A DNA stretch of 64,000 bases from Bacteroidales bacterium (GCA_017537965.1 JAFYJV010000021.1:2132-66131); one strand, 5' to 3'; positions 8,490 through 16,784 are shown, numbered from the stretch's first letter. The notes: generated by a model not told the origin, from the letters alone. A program made the numbers and translations.

Positions 8490-8513
8490 CCCTGATTCCG
8501 TGTCGGGCGCAAC
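8490..8513 (-). repeat. Array repeat copy 9
   Basis: CCCTGATTCCGTGTCGGGCGCAAC (two changes), 9 nt upstream of the ATG at 8480. Confidence 0.9.
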
Positions 8514-8521
8514 AATAAGTG

Positions 8522-9874
8522 TTAATCCTTGAAAACTATTTTTACTCCTCTCGGAAGGCAACTTTGAATGTTTTCATATAATTTACGACTGATGACGATA
8601 CTTAGGTTTTTGAGCATGTCGTTGTGTAAAAAGAAAATCTCGCCTACGGCATACTGAATATTGTCAGGCATCACCACCTCTTTTAGGCCATCGCAGCAAT
8701 AGAAGACGCTTTCGGCGAAACTAGTGACCGAGTCTGGAATGACAACCTTCTCCAAATGATCATTCATATTGAACGTGTTGCTTTCCAACTTGTGGATGGT
8801 ATCTGGAACGACAAACTCCTTGGCCTCCTTGTTGATGGGATACAACAACAAATGCTCCCCTGCCTTGTCATACAAAACCCCATCAAGCGAAGAGAACACG
8901 TTGTTCGACGGAGACACCTCTATCTCTTTCAATTTCATGCAGTTGTAGAAAGCATACCGGTCAATGCGATTGACAGAAGCAGGAATGACGACTTTTTCAA
9001 GGTGCTCGCATTCGCGAAACGTATGGCCATAAATGGCATGGATGGTATTCGGAACAGAAAACGCTTTTGCTTCCCTGTTCATGGAATAGGCGACCAACTC
9101 CTCAACTGACTTGTCATACAGGACCCCATCAATCGATGCATATTGTTGGTTTGCAGGATCAACAACGATCTCTTTCAGGTTTTTGCACAATATCAGTCCT
9201 CCCCCTGATTCGATTTTAGTCACTGATGCGGGGATAGTGATCGTCTCCATTGAGTCACAGCCTGTAAATGCGCCGTCGCCTATCGTTTCCAAGTTCGGGG
9301 ACAGATCGATATGGGCAAGCGATTTGCAATTACAGAAAGCGCCACTGCAGACGGCCGTTACACTGTCAGGGATTTCAACGTGTTCAAGCGACTCACAGCC
9401 CGTGAACATCCCCTTTGAAATGCATTTATGTTTTTCGCAGTTGGTGATGTGAACGGTTTTCAAGTTCTTGCAATCCTCGAATATCCCGTATGTATTTTTG
9501 TCAAGCCAGACATGGTCTGGGATATCCACCTCTCTCAGTCCTTCTATTTCTTTGTATTGACGAGAGACAAGGAAACTGGAATCGATCGCAATCCTTCCGC
9601 TACGATGCACTTTGAATTTCGTATCGTAACCTATTTTGGCACTCGCATACCCATCCTCGTCAAAATCCGACAACTCCTCGAACGAAGGAGAGACTACTAT
9701 ATGGAATTTGTCGTCGAAGTACTTCAAGATGCCCCACAGGCCATATTTTCGGACCTTGATATAGGACACCTCGGTAGTTTTCTCGATGACATCACACCGT
9801 GACACCCACGAATCGCTCACTTCCGGGTATTCGAGGGTCTCACAGTCATTATTGATCAGTTCGGTTGTGCTCAT
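8522..9874 (-). CDS. Cytosolic BspA-type leucine-rich repeat protein (first gene of the array)
   Basis: Many IPxSVxxIxxxAFxxCxxLxxI repeats and no signal peptide. It is the only array gene without a full repeat upstream. Confidence 0.85.
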   Translation of the reverse strand: MSTTELINNDCETLEYPEVSDSWVSRCDVIEKTTEVSYIKVRKYGLWGILKYFDDKFHIVVSPSFEELSDFDEDGYASAKIGYDTKFKVHRSGRIAIDSSFLVSRQYKEIEGLREVDIPDHVWLDKNTYGIFEDCKNLKTVHITNCEKHKCISKGMFTGCESLEHVEIPDSVTAVCSGAFCNCKSLAHIDLSPNLETIGDGAFTGCDSMETITIPASVTKIESGGGLILCKNLKEIVVDPANQQYASIDGVLYDKSVEELVAYSMNREAKAFSVPNTIHAIYGHTFRECEHLEKVVIPASVNRIDRYAFYNCMKLKEIEVSPSNNVFSSLDGVLYDKAGEHLLLYPINKEAKEFVVPDTIHKLESNTFNMNDHLEKVVIPDSVTSFAESVFYCCDGLKEVVMPDNIQYAVGEIFFLHNDMLKNLSIVISRKLYENIQSCLPRGVKIVFKD

Positions 9875-10012
9875 TTTATTAATCCTCTATGAATTCCATC
9901 TTGACATCTTCGTCAGTGAACAACCTTTTGTTTTCTTCGTAGGTTTCCTTGGTTGTTTGTATTGTTTTCAAATTCGGAGTATCTTCCCATTTTGTATTGT
10001 TTTTGAGATGGA

Positions 10013-10020
10013 CAAAGATA
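10013..10020 (-). promoter_or_regulatory. Candidate -7 box (TATCTTTG) for the cassette array
   Basis: Plus-strand CAAAGATA reads as the Bacteroidetes TAnnTTTG consensus on the minus strand, about 140 nt upstream of the first array ATG. Confidence 0.35.
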
Positions 10021-10032
10021 CCGCTTTTTTCT

Positions 10033-10040
10033 TACTTTTG
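10033..10040 (+). promoter_or_regulatory. Candidate -7 box (TACTTTTG) for xerD
   Basis: Matches TAnnTTTG but sits only 10 nt before the ATG at 10051, which would give a very short leader. Confidence 0.3.
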
Positions 10041-10050
10041 CAAGACAAAG

Positions 10051-10998
10051 ATGAACAAGTCTTCTGCAAATATCAGCCCCAATCTCATCAAGCACTACGC
10101 CGACCATCTGCGGCTAGAACTTTCATTGTCCGACAACAGCGTGGATGCCTATCGCCATGATGTCAACCTATTTCTGCAATATCTTGAAAGCCAGAGCTAT
10201 CCAACTGATATCAGCGCCATCACACAAGACACCATTGAGAATTTCTTCGCCTATCTCTATGACTTGAACATCGGCGCCACGTCGCAAGCCCGTATCCTAT
10301 CAGGCTTGAAGTCGTTTTGGCGCTATCTGATCCAAGAAGACCTGGCTGAAAAAGACCCTTGCGAACTCATCACCTCTCCTACGCTTGGCCGTCATCTTCC
10401 TGAAGTGTTGAGTTTCGAAGAGATTCAGAAAATGATCGACAGCATCGACCTCAGCCAGCCCACAGGCCATCGCAACAAAGCCATGATCGAAGTGATGTAC
10501 GGCTGCGGCTTGCGCGTTTCCGAGCTCATAGGACTACAAATCAGCAACATTTACCGCAAAGACGGATTCCTCCGCATCACCGGCAAAGGCAGCAAGGAAA
10601 GGCTCGTCCCCATCGGCGACAGCAGCTTGAAGATCCTATATCAGTACATTGAAGGCGCCAGACTTCACATCACACCGAAACCCAAATACACCGACACCGT
10701 CTTCCTTAATAGTCGCGGCACAGGCTTGACGCGACAAACAGTCTTCCTACTGGTAAAGGAACTCGCTGAAAAGAACGGCATCAAAAAGGCCATCAGCCCG
10801 CACACCTTCCGTCACAGCTTCGCCACGCACCTGCTCGAAGGCGGTGCCAACCTTCTGGCCGTACAGCAGATGCTCGGTCATGCCAGCGTCAGCACCACCG
10901 AGATCTATACGCACATTTCAGATGATCTATTACGGGAAACCCTAACGGAATTCCATCCGCGACTTAAACACAGACAGAAGATAACTCCTAACTCCTAA
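10051..10998 (+). CDS. xerD: Tyrosine site-specific recombinase XerD
   Basis: The N-terminal SAM-like domain and the catalytic motifs GLRVSEL, HTFRHSFATHLL and LGHASVSTTEIYTH fit the XerC/XerD family. Start taken at MNKSSANI; the ORF-track TTG at 9949 is unlikely. Confidence 0.85.
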   Translation: MNKSSANISPNLIKHYADHLRLELSLSDNSVDAYRHDVNLFLQYLESQSYPTDISAITQDTIENFFAYLYDLNIGATSQARILSGLKSFWRYLIQEDLAEKDPCELITSPTLGRHLPEVLSFEEIQKMIDSIDLSQPTGHRNKAMIEVMYGCGLRVSELIGLQISNIYRKDGFLRITGKGSKERLVPIGDSSLKILYQYIEGARLHITPKPKYTDTVFLNSRGTGLTRQTVFLLVKELAEKNGIKKAISPHTFRHSFATHLLEGGANLLAVQQMLGHASVSTTEIYTHISDDLLRETLTEFHPRLKHRQKITPNS

Positions 10999-11009
10999 CT
11001 CCCAACTAA
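10982..11009. repeat. Heptamer tract (TAACTCC x3 plus CAACTAA)
   Basis: Tandem 7-nt units contain the stop codons of both convergent genes (xerD TAA at 10996-10998; minus-strand gene stop at 11006-11008). Confidence 0.8.
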
Positions 11010-11455
11010 ATTATGTTTCCTTGGTCATCGACAAGGACTCCCCAGCTTACTGCTGTCATCGTCTCTCCATCAAAGAAAAAATCGATCATGGCGTCCTCGA
11101 AGGAGACTCTATGCTCGCCATCCTCGTCTTCCTCTTCCAATTCCGAGAAGCCATTTTGGCGCATCAACTCGATCACCTGGGCGCGACTAAGGTCGAAAAC
11201 CTTAGTGCCATACAACACCGAATCCTCATTCTCAGTCTCAAAGCAAGCGGCAACCGACTTGGTGATGCCCTCAAAATAGATGCTGGTGGCCAAAGCATCG
11301 TATTGATAGTATATGGAACGGTTCCCAGTCTCCTCCATATCGTTGAGTTCTTCATAAAAATCGGGCATTCCCAGCATTTTCACTGCATCGTCCAAAGGCA
11401 TTCCGAAAGGTATTTGGCCGAAACCTTTCAACGGCTCAATCAGATAGTTTTCCAT
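11006..11455 (-). CDS. Hypothetical acidic protein, 149 aa
   Basis: Clean ORF convergent with xerD. No family recognised. Confidence 0.7.
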   Translation of the reverse strand: MENYLIEPLKGFGQIPFGMPLDDAVKMLGMPDFYEELNDMEETGNRSIYYQYDALATSIYFEGITKSVAACFETENEDSVLYGTKVFDLSRAQVIELMRQNGFSELEEEDEDGEHRVSFEDAMIDFFFDGETMTAVSWGVLVDDQGNII

Positions 11456-11549
11456 TAATCAACATGTTTTTTTTCGTGCCGTGAAAATAACCCTTTTTAT
11501 TGACATGGAAGCGCAAAAAGAAATTTAAATTGATTCTAAATTATTACCA

Positions 11550-12773
11550 TCATTCGAATCGAATGGATCTTGACGGACGGATCCTGTTGATAATGGCAGT
11601 GGGAATCAGAAGCAAAAGCATCCAAAGAACAAAAGCACCGATATTCAAGGCAAGCACAGTGGACAAGTGTAACTCAATAGGAACTGCGGAAAGGTAATAC
11701 GTAGCAGGATTCAGATGGATAAAGCCTGTTGCTTGTTGTAAAAGACAGAATCCAAGTCCAAGGGCATTGCCGATAAGCATCCCAATTAGCAAGATACGGA
11801 TGGCACGGTGCAAGAACACCCGACGCACGAAACGGTCAGATGCACCCATTGCCTTCAAAAGGCCTACAGTGGAGGTCTTCTCAATGATGATGATCAAGAG
11901 CATGGAAACCATGGTAATGCCGGCAACAAGAAACATCAAGGCAAGAATCAGCCACACGTTGGTGTCGAGCAGATCGAGCCAGTCGAAAACCTGTGGATTG
12001 GAATCGCGCGCCGTGTAAGAGGCGAGTGTCGGTGGAATGTTATAATAGAGCGAAGCGTTCACGGCATCCGTCTGTTCCCAGCTGTCAGTCCACACCTCAA
12101 CGAGGCCAGTCTCATCCCCTTCCCAATGGTTGAGTTTCCTGATCTGGTTCAGGTCGCAGAACACATAACGCTCATCGAATTCAGAGAAACCTGTCTCAAA
12201 GACACCTGTGACATTGAATTTTCGGCCTCTTGCCTCCATGTCCTCATCGATGAACCACACTCTCATGGCATCGCCCACCTTCAGCAGCATTTTGTCGGCG
12301 ATGCTTTTTGAGATCAGCACCGCATCCGAACGGCCCTCGTCTTCATACTTCGGAACCTCACCTTGAAGCAATGCTTGCTCGAAATAAGACCAGTCATAGT
12401 CGGCTCCAACGCCTTTCATGACCACACCTTGAATCTCTTCGTCGGTCTTGATCATGCCCGCCTTGTTGGCAACACATTGATAATGACGGATTCCATCGGT
12501 ATGCTCCAAACAATTGCGAAGGCGTTCGTCCAGGCCGAAAGGTGTCTCTTCATAGGACTCATTCATGTCGAGCGATTGAAGATGAATGGGAGCCACAAAG
12601 CCAACCACTTTGGCGCGGATCTGGTTTTTGAAGCCAACGACCACTGCCAGGGAGATGATCATCACGGTAATCGCCAATGCCACGCTGGTCACGGCAAGAC
12701 GCATCACCGTCGAAGAGAGATGATCTTTCGAGAGTGAAAACAGCCTATCGGAGATGAATTTGGAGCCTGACAT
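11550..12773 (-). CDS. ABC transporter permease, FtsX/LolE family
   Basis: N-terminal TM, large periplasmic MacB-like domain and a C-terminal FtsX-type 3-TM bundle. 407 aa. Confidence 0.8.
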   Translation of the reverse strand: MSGSKFISDRLFSLSKDHLSSTVMRLAVTSVALAITVMIISLAVVVGFKNQIRAKVVGFVAPIHLQSLDMNESYEETPFGLDERLRNCLEHTDGIRHYQCVANKAGMIKTDEEIQGVVMKGVGADYDWSYFEQALLQGEVPKYEDEGRSDAVLISKSIADKMLLKVGDAMRVWFIDEDMEARGRKFNVTGVFETGFSEFDERYVFCDLNQIRKLNHWEGDETGLVEVWTDSWEQTDAVNASLYYNIPPTLASYTARDSNPQVFDWLDLLDTNVWLILALMFLVAGITMVSMLLIIIIEKTSTVGLLKAMGASDRFVRRVFLHRAIRILLIGMLIGNALGLGFCLLQQATGFIHLNPATYYLSAVPIELHLSTVLALNIGAFVLWMLLLLIPTAIINRIRPSRSIRFE

Positions 12774-12795
12774 GCGTTTTAGAAAGATTTTGCAT

Positions 12796-12811
12796 TATTT
12801 TTGCAAAAATA
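12796..12811. promoter_or_regulatory. Back-to-back divergent -7 boxes (TATTTTTGCAAAAATA)
   Basis: A perfect 16-bp palindrome made of TAnnTTTG on each strand. It is about 25-30 nt from the ATGs at 12829 (+) and 12773 (-). Confidence 0.5.
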
Positions 12812-12828
12812 CGAATCATCAACGAAAT

Positions 12829-14025
12829 ATGAATTGCAAAATGAGAAATAACATACGATTCATCTTGTTTTTAATGTTTGGAATGAGCCTTTCTTTCCAA
12901 GGCAATGCCCAATCAATCAAGCTGATTCCCAAGGAACAATATGTTTATGGGGCACTTGACACGGAGAACTATTTCCGTCTGCTCACCGACCAAAACGTAG
13001 GCGTGGTGGCCAACCAAACCAGCATCGTGGGAGACACCCATCTCGTCGATACTCTTTTAGCCGTCGGCATCAACGTAAAACGGATCTTCACCCCGGAACA
13101 CGGCTTCCGGGGCGCCGCTGACGCCGGCGCCAAGGTCATAGGTGGCAAGGATGAAAAGACCGGTATCGAAATAGCCTCGCTGTACGGCAAGACCAAGAAA
13201 CCCACGCCCGAGATGCTCAAGGATATCGACGTCATGCTCTTCGACCTTCAAGATGTGGGCGTGCGTTACTATACCTACATCTCCACCTTGACATACGTCA
13301 TGGAGGCCTGCGCCGAGCAAGACATCCCCGTCATCGTACTCGACCGCCCCAACCCCAATGGATTCTATATCGACGGACCCGTTTTGAAGGCTGAGAACAA
13401 ATCGTTCGTAGGTCTCCATCCCGTCCCTGTTGCGTATGGCATGACCATCGGCGAATACGCCAAGATGGTGAACTGTGAAGGCTGGATGAAGGATGGCGCC
13501 CACTGCGAGCTCACCGTTGTTTCCATCGCAGGTTACGATCGCAACGCCATCTACGAATTGCCTGTGAAACCGTCACCCAACCTGCCTAACTGGGAGTCAG
13601 TGTACCTCTACCCTTCCCTCTGCTTCTTCGAGGGCACCATCGTCAGCGTGGGACGCGGCACCGACAAGCCATTCCAGATATTCGGCCATCCCGATTTGAG
13701 AGGCGACTACAGTTTCACACCAGAGAGCAAGAGCGGCGCTTCCAAGCCCATGTTTGAAGGCCAGCGTTGCCGAGGCTTGGATCTGACCGACTATGCCCAC
13801 GACTACACCATCAACCCCGCCCAACTCCAACTGGAATGGCTCATCAGCGCCTATCATCAACTGAAGGACAAGTCGTTTTTCACAAATTACTTCCGTTTGC
13901 TCTCAGGCGACAATCAGCTTCAACGCGACATCGAAAACGGAAAAAGCGAGGAAGAAATCCGTGCTTCGTGGCAGGACGATATTGAGGCGTTCAAGGAAAT
14001 TCGGACGAAGTATTTAATATACTGA
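12829..14025 (+). CDS. DUF1343 family protein (NamZ-like exo-beta-N-acetylmuramidase)
   Basis: Signal peptide followed by VGVVANQTS...FTPEHGFRG...LDRPNP motifs typical of DUF1343. The start is 12829 or 12841. Confidence 0.8.
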   Translation: MNCKMRNNIRFILFLMFGMSLSFQGNAQSIKLIPKEQYVYGALDTENYFRLLTDQNVGVVANQTSIVGDTHLVDTLLAVGINVKRIFTPEHGFRGAADAGAKVIGGKDEKTGIEIASLYGKTKKPTPEMLKDIDVMLFDLQDVGVRYYTYISTLTYVMEACAEQDIPVIVLDRPNPNGFYIDGPVLKAENKSFVGLHPVPVAYGMTIGEYAKMVNCEGWMKDGAHCELTVVSIAGYDRNAIYELPVKPSPNLPNWESVYLYPSLCFFEGTIVSVGRGTDKPFQIFGHPDLRGDYSFTPESKSGASKPMFEGQRCRGLDLTDYAHDYTINPAQLQLEWLISAYHQLKDKSFFTNYFRLLSGDNQLQRDIENGKSEEEIRASWQDDIEAFKEIRTKYLIY

Positions 14026-14055
14026 GGTTCTGTTCAACTTCAACCACGACCCACT

Positions 14056-16671
14056 TTACTTGTTCCTTTCTAAGACGGAGATTTTTTGGATCTCAATCGT
14101 GCCAGCCTTGGAATTGGTTGAGGTATATTTCACAGCTAAAGTGACAGTTTGACCGATATATTCCGCCAATGATATCTCCGAAGTAATAAAGTCGTTCCAA
14201 TTGCTGCCTTCAGACAAAACTGCAGGCATCTGCTTCCAAAAAGCTGTATATGGATTTTCTCCCCATGTATAATTGGTTGATGCCCAAATGGTAACATCAT
14301 TATTAATGTTGTTAAAGTAACGCCCGATATACTCAATGACCATCTTGGCATCGCTCACTCCAGTAATAGCAATAGGAGAAGAAATCAGCCAATCCTCGTT
14401 GGCGTAATTCACACTATTCTCATAACCACTCATCTTAGCTGTACGATAGTCAATTTTCCATGACTGTGCACCTAATACATCGCATGTCATATATGAGCCA
14501 AAATCTGTATTAAACGACTGGACGTATGGCAAGTGTTGAACCTCTCCAGCATTGCCAGAGCCAGGCAATGGATCGCCAAATTCCTCAATGTCATTCTTCG
14601 AACGAAGAATCATCTGCCATGTATTATTATAGATTGAGGCGATAGCAGTAATGTTACAAGCTCTATTAGGCAATGAGTCACTAGCAAAATAGGCATAAGG
14701 ACTTGTTCTCAATAAAGTATTATTATCGGGATTGTTTACATCCGCAAGAATGCGGTTGCCGTATGAGCCATACCCCAAATCGGCAAATGTGGTATGCTCG
14801 GTAAACATCACATTCTCAAGGCGCACCAAACTGCCTGCCGGGAACAAACCTGCGTTTATCCCTGAAATCGTGGCAAGGGTAGGTTCAACAGGACGATGTG
14901 AAGCAAGAACAATGAAATGCTCCTCTGGATAGAGGCAATAGGACAATTGAGGTAGATTGTGGTAATTGGCAAACATCACGCCCTCCAAACAGACTCTGAT
15001 AGAATCCCCAACACGGATGTTTGAAGGATTATTATACCAAAGTTCTATGGCCTTGCCTGTACGACGGTCTTGAATGAATGAAGCTTTGATGAGATTCCCT
15101 GAAGCTTCATCGGCTGTAACAATACCATAGACGGATGCCGGTTCCTGAAATACAAAACCAGGTTCAAGATTAAGGATTTCGTCTATAGTGTACACCCTTC
15201 CAATTGGAATGTCCTGACCATCTCCGCCACCTGTTCCCGTTGTGAATACTTTCTGTTCTCCATAGCCGACTCCCGTATCATTCATGGCAAATGCCCTAAC
15301 ATAATAAGTCATTCCTTCTTCAAGTCCTGTAATCAAACAAGAAAACTGGTTCGCCGTCGATCCTTCAGAATAAGCAAAGTGGTCGCTCAGTGTAGGATTC
15401 TGTTGCAGGCTCCAACAGACACCACAATAGGCTATTTCAGAGCCTCCGTCATCAATAACAGAGCCCCCACAGCGGGCAGAATTGTTAGTAATTTGACTGA
15501 CATCGGCTGTAATCACAGTGGGCGCTCCATCATCTCCTCCAATTATATCTCCATAATGGTTCAACATCCTTACAAATTCTCCAGCTGCAGTTTTCATCAT
15601 GCCGAAATCACCGCCTAACGATGTTGTGCAGTCAAGCACCAATATTACCATCGCACTTTTGCGCTCCACTTGCACGTTGCTATAGCTCGACGGAGCAAAC
15701 TCACTTTCCGACTGCCATTCTGCGGTTGAACTGATATAGCGCCATAACTTCATGTTCGAGGTGTTGGCAACAGGGATCCCGTTAGGTGTCTTCAGGTCTG
15801 AAAATGTGTACCAATAACATGCCCCTTCCTGTCGATCCGACAACACCACCGATCCACTCGTGGACTGCAAGCCACAGTAGTTGACATTACTTAATTTGCC
15901 CTGTCCATTCTCGCGAGTATAAATGGCCTCAATGTACTTGCTAGAGCTGTTGGCATTATTGACATCGTCGAAAGTGATACGGATCAATGTATTATTGTCA
16001 TAGCCACCCGGCACCTTAATCATTGTTCCGACAATGGTAGTCGTTTCATTATTCAAACTACCTGCAATCTCTCTAAACTTGAGGGTGACGTATTCCATAT
16101 TCTCCACCTCGAAAACATTTGCAGGGCTACTCGACAGTTTCTGTAGATTCTGCCTAAAGCTGGCTTCGTCTTGCACGTCATTGCCTTTCATGCCAATAGC
16201 GTATGCATCGATATTCAATCCGCCCACTTTGTCCGTCTTAATACGGTTATTAATCGCATTGAGAAATTCGGCTTGGGAGTTGTAGTTGTCGTTCAACATC
16301 ATAGAGGCGTTGTCGAGGCCGTCTGTAAATGTTACAATGGAGACATTGATTAGATCCGAAGGCAAGGTGGCAGTTTGAAGCCAATTCAATGCAGTATAGT
16401 CTGCATGGTATAACGCTGTTCCATCACGCATATCCAAACTGTTGATGAAATTGATGAAACTAAGTTCCGTTGAACTACTTAGTATGCCAATAGGTTTGGT
16501 TTTCAGTTGGTCGTTGAAACCAATCACACCCAGATACATCCCTTCGGCCGTCCCTCCTCCACTATCGCCACCGCCTTCATTACCGTTTCCATTAGGATCT
16601 TTTTGACATGCAGCAAAAAGCAACACTGTCAATAACAATACGGCTGACATAGCCTTCATGAATCTTTTCAT
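14056..16671 (-). CDS. Surface lipoprotein with VWA-like, FN3-like and C-terminal carbohydrate/adhesin-like domains
   Basis: Lipoprotein signal MKRFMKAMSAVLLLTVLLFAAC. VSIVTFTDGLDNAS is a VWA-like segment. Start taken at 16671. Confidence 0.75.
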   Translation of the reverse strand: MKRFMKAMSAVLLLTVLLFAACQKDPNGNGNEGGGDSGGGTAEGMYLGVIGFNDQLKTKPIGILSSSTELSFINFINSLDMRDGTALYHADYTALNWLQTATLPSDLINVSIVTFTDGLDNASMMLNDNYNSQAEFLNAINNRIKTDKVGGLNIDAYAIGMKGNDVQDEASFRQNLQKLSSSPANVFEVENMEYVTLKFREIAGSLNNETTTIVGTMIKVPGGYDNNTLIRITFDDVNNANSSSKYIEAIYTRENGQGKLSNVNYCGLQSTSGSVVLSDRQEGACYWYTFSDLKTPNGIPVANTSNMKLWRYISSTAEWQSESEFAPSSYSNVQVERKSAMVILVLDCTTSLGGDFGMMKTAAGEFVRMLNHYGDIIGGDDGAPTVITADVSQITNNSARCGGSVIDDGGSEIAYCGVCWSLQQNPTLSDHFAYSEGSTANQFSCLITGLEEGMTYYVRAFAMNDTGVGYGEQKVFTTGTGGGDGQDIPIGRVYTIDEILNLEPGFVFQEPASVYGIVTADEASGNLIKASFIQDRRTGKAIELWYNNPSNIRVGDSIRVCLEGVMFANYHNLPQLSYCLYPEEHFIVLASHRPVEPTLATISGINAGLFPAGSLVRLENVMFTEHTTFADLGYGSYGNRILADVNNPDNNTLLRTSPYAYFASDSLPNRACNITAIASIYNNTWQMILRSKNDIEEFGDPLPGSGNAGEVQHLPYVQSFNTDFGSYMTCDVLGAQSWKIDYRTAKMSGYENSVNYANEDWLISSPIAITGVSDAKMVIEYIGRYFNNINNDVTIWASTNYTWGENPYTAFWKQMPAVLSEGSNWNDFITSEISLAEYIGQTVTLAVKYTSTNSKAGTIEIQKISVLERNK

Positions 16672-16696
16672 ATAATATTTCTCTTTATTTGATACA

Positions 16697-16704
16697 CAAA
16701 AATA
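16697..16704 (-). promoter_or_regulatory. Candidate -7 box (TATTTTTG)
   Basis: Plus-strand CAAAAATA lies 26 nt upstream of the ATG at 16671. Confidence 0.45.
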
Positions 16705-16732
16705 CAAAAAAAACAGGTAACCAAACAAAAAA

Positions 16733-16760
16733 ATAGAGGGTGACCCAGGTCACCCTCTAT
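16733..16760 (-). terminator. Rho-independent terminator of the aminotransferase gene
   Basis: ATAGAGGGTGAC-CCAG-GTCACCCTCTAT followed by a T-run on the minus strand. Confidence 0.65.
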
Positions 16761-16784
16761 GATAGGAATGTAGTTTTTAATCTA

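Larger units (their letters stand above)
780..10020 (-). other. Integron-like gene-cassette array (9 direct repeats, 11 co-oriented genes) divergent from xerD
   Basis: Nine near-identical 24-28 bp direct repeats sit at 780, 1875, 2394, 3170, 3893, 5036, 5880, 6507 and 8490. All genes are on the minus strand. Intergenic gaps are too short for individual promoters. The block is AT-richer than its flanks by eye. Confidence 0.8.

Noticed and set aside
780-8513. Possibility that the nine repeats form a CRISPR array
   Set aside because: The units between repeats are 0.5-2 kb and each contains complete ORFs. The repeat is not palindromic in the CRISPR manner, and no cas genes or leader are present.
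9949-10050. Upstream TTG start for xerD given by the ORF track
   Set aside because: The added 34 residues (MVVCIVFKFGVSSHF...) are hydrophobic and non-conserved in appearance, and they overlap the promoter region. XerD-like similarity begins at MNKSSANI (10051).
780-10998. Classical (IntI/attC) integron
   Set aside because: The recombinase reads as XerD-like, without an obvious IntI-specific insertion. The repeats are short, nearly identical and lack the R''/L''-L'/R' imperfect palindrome of attC sites. I therefore call it only integron-like.
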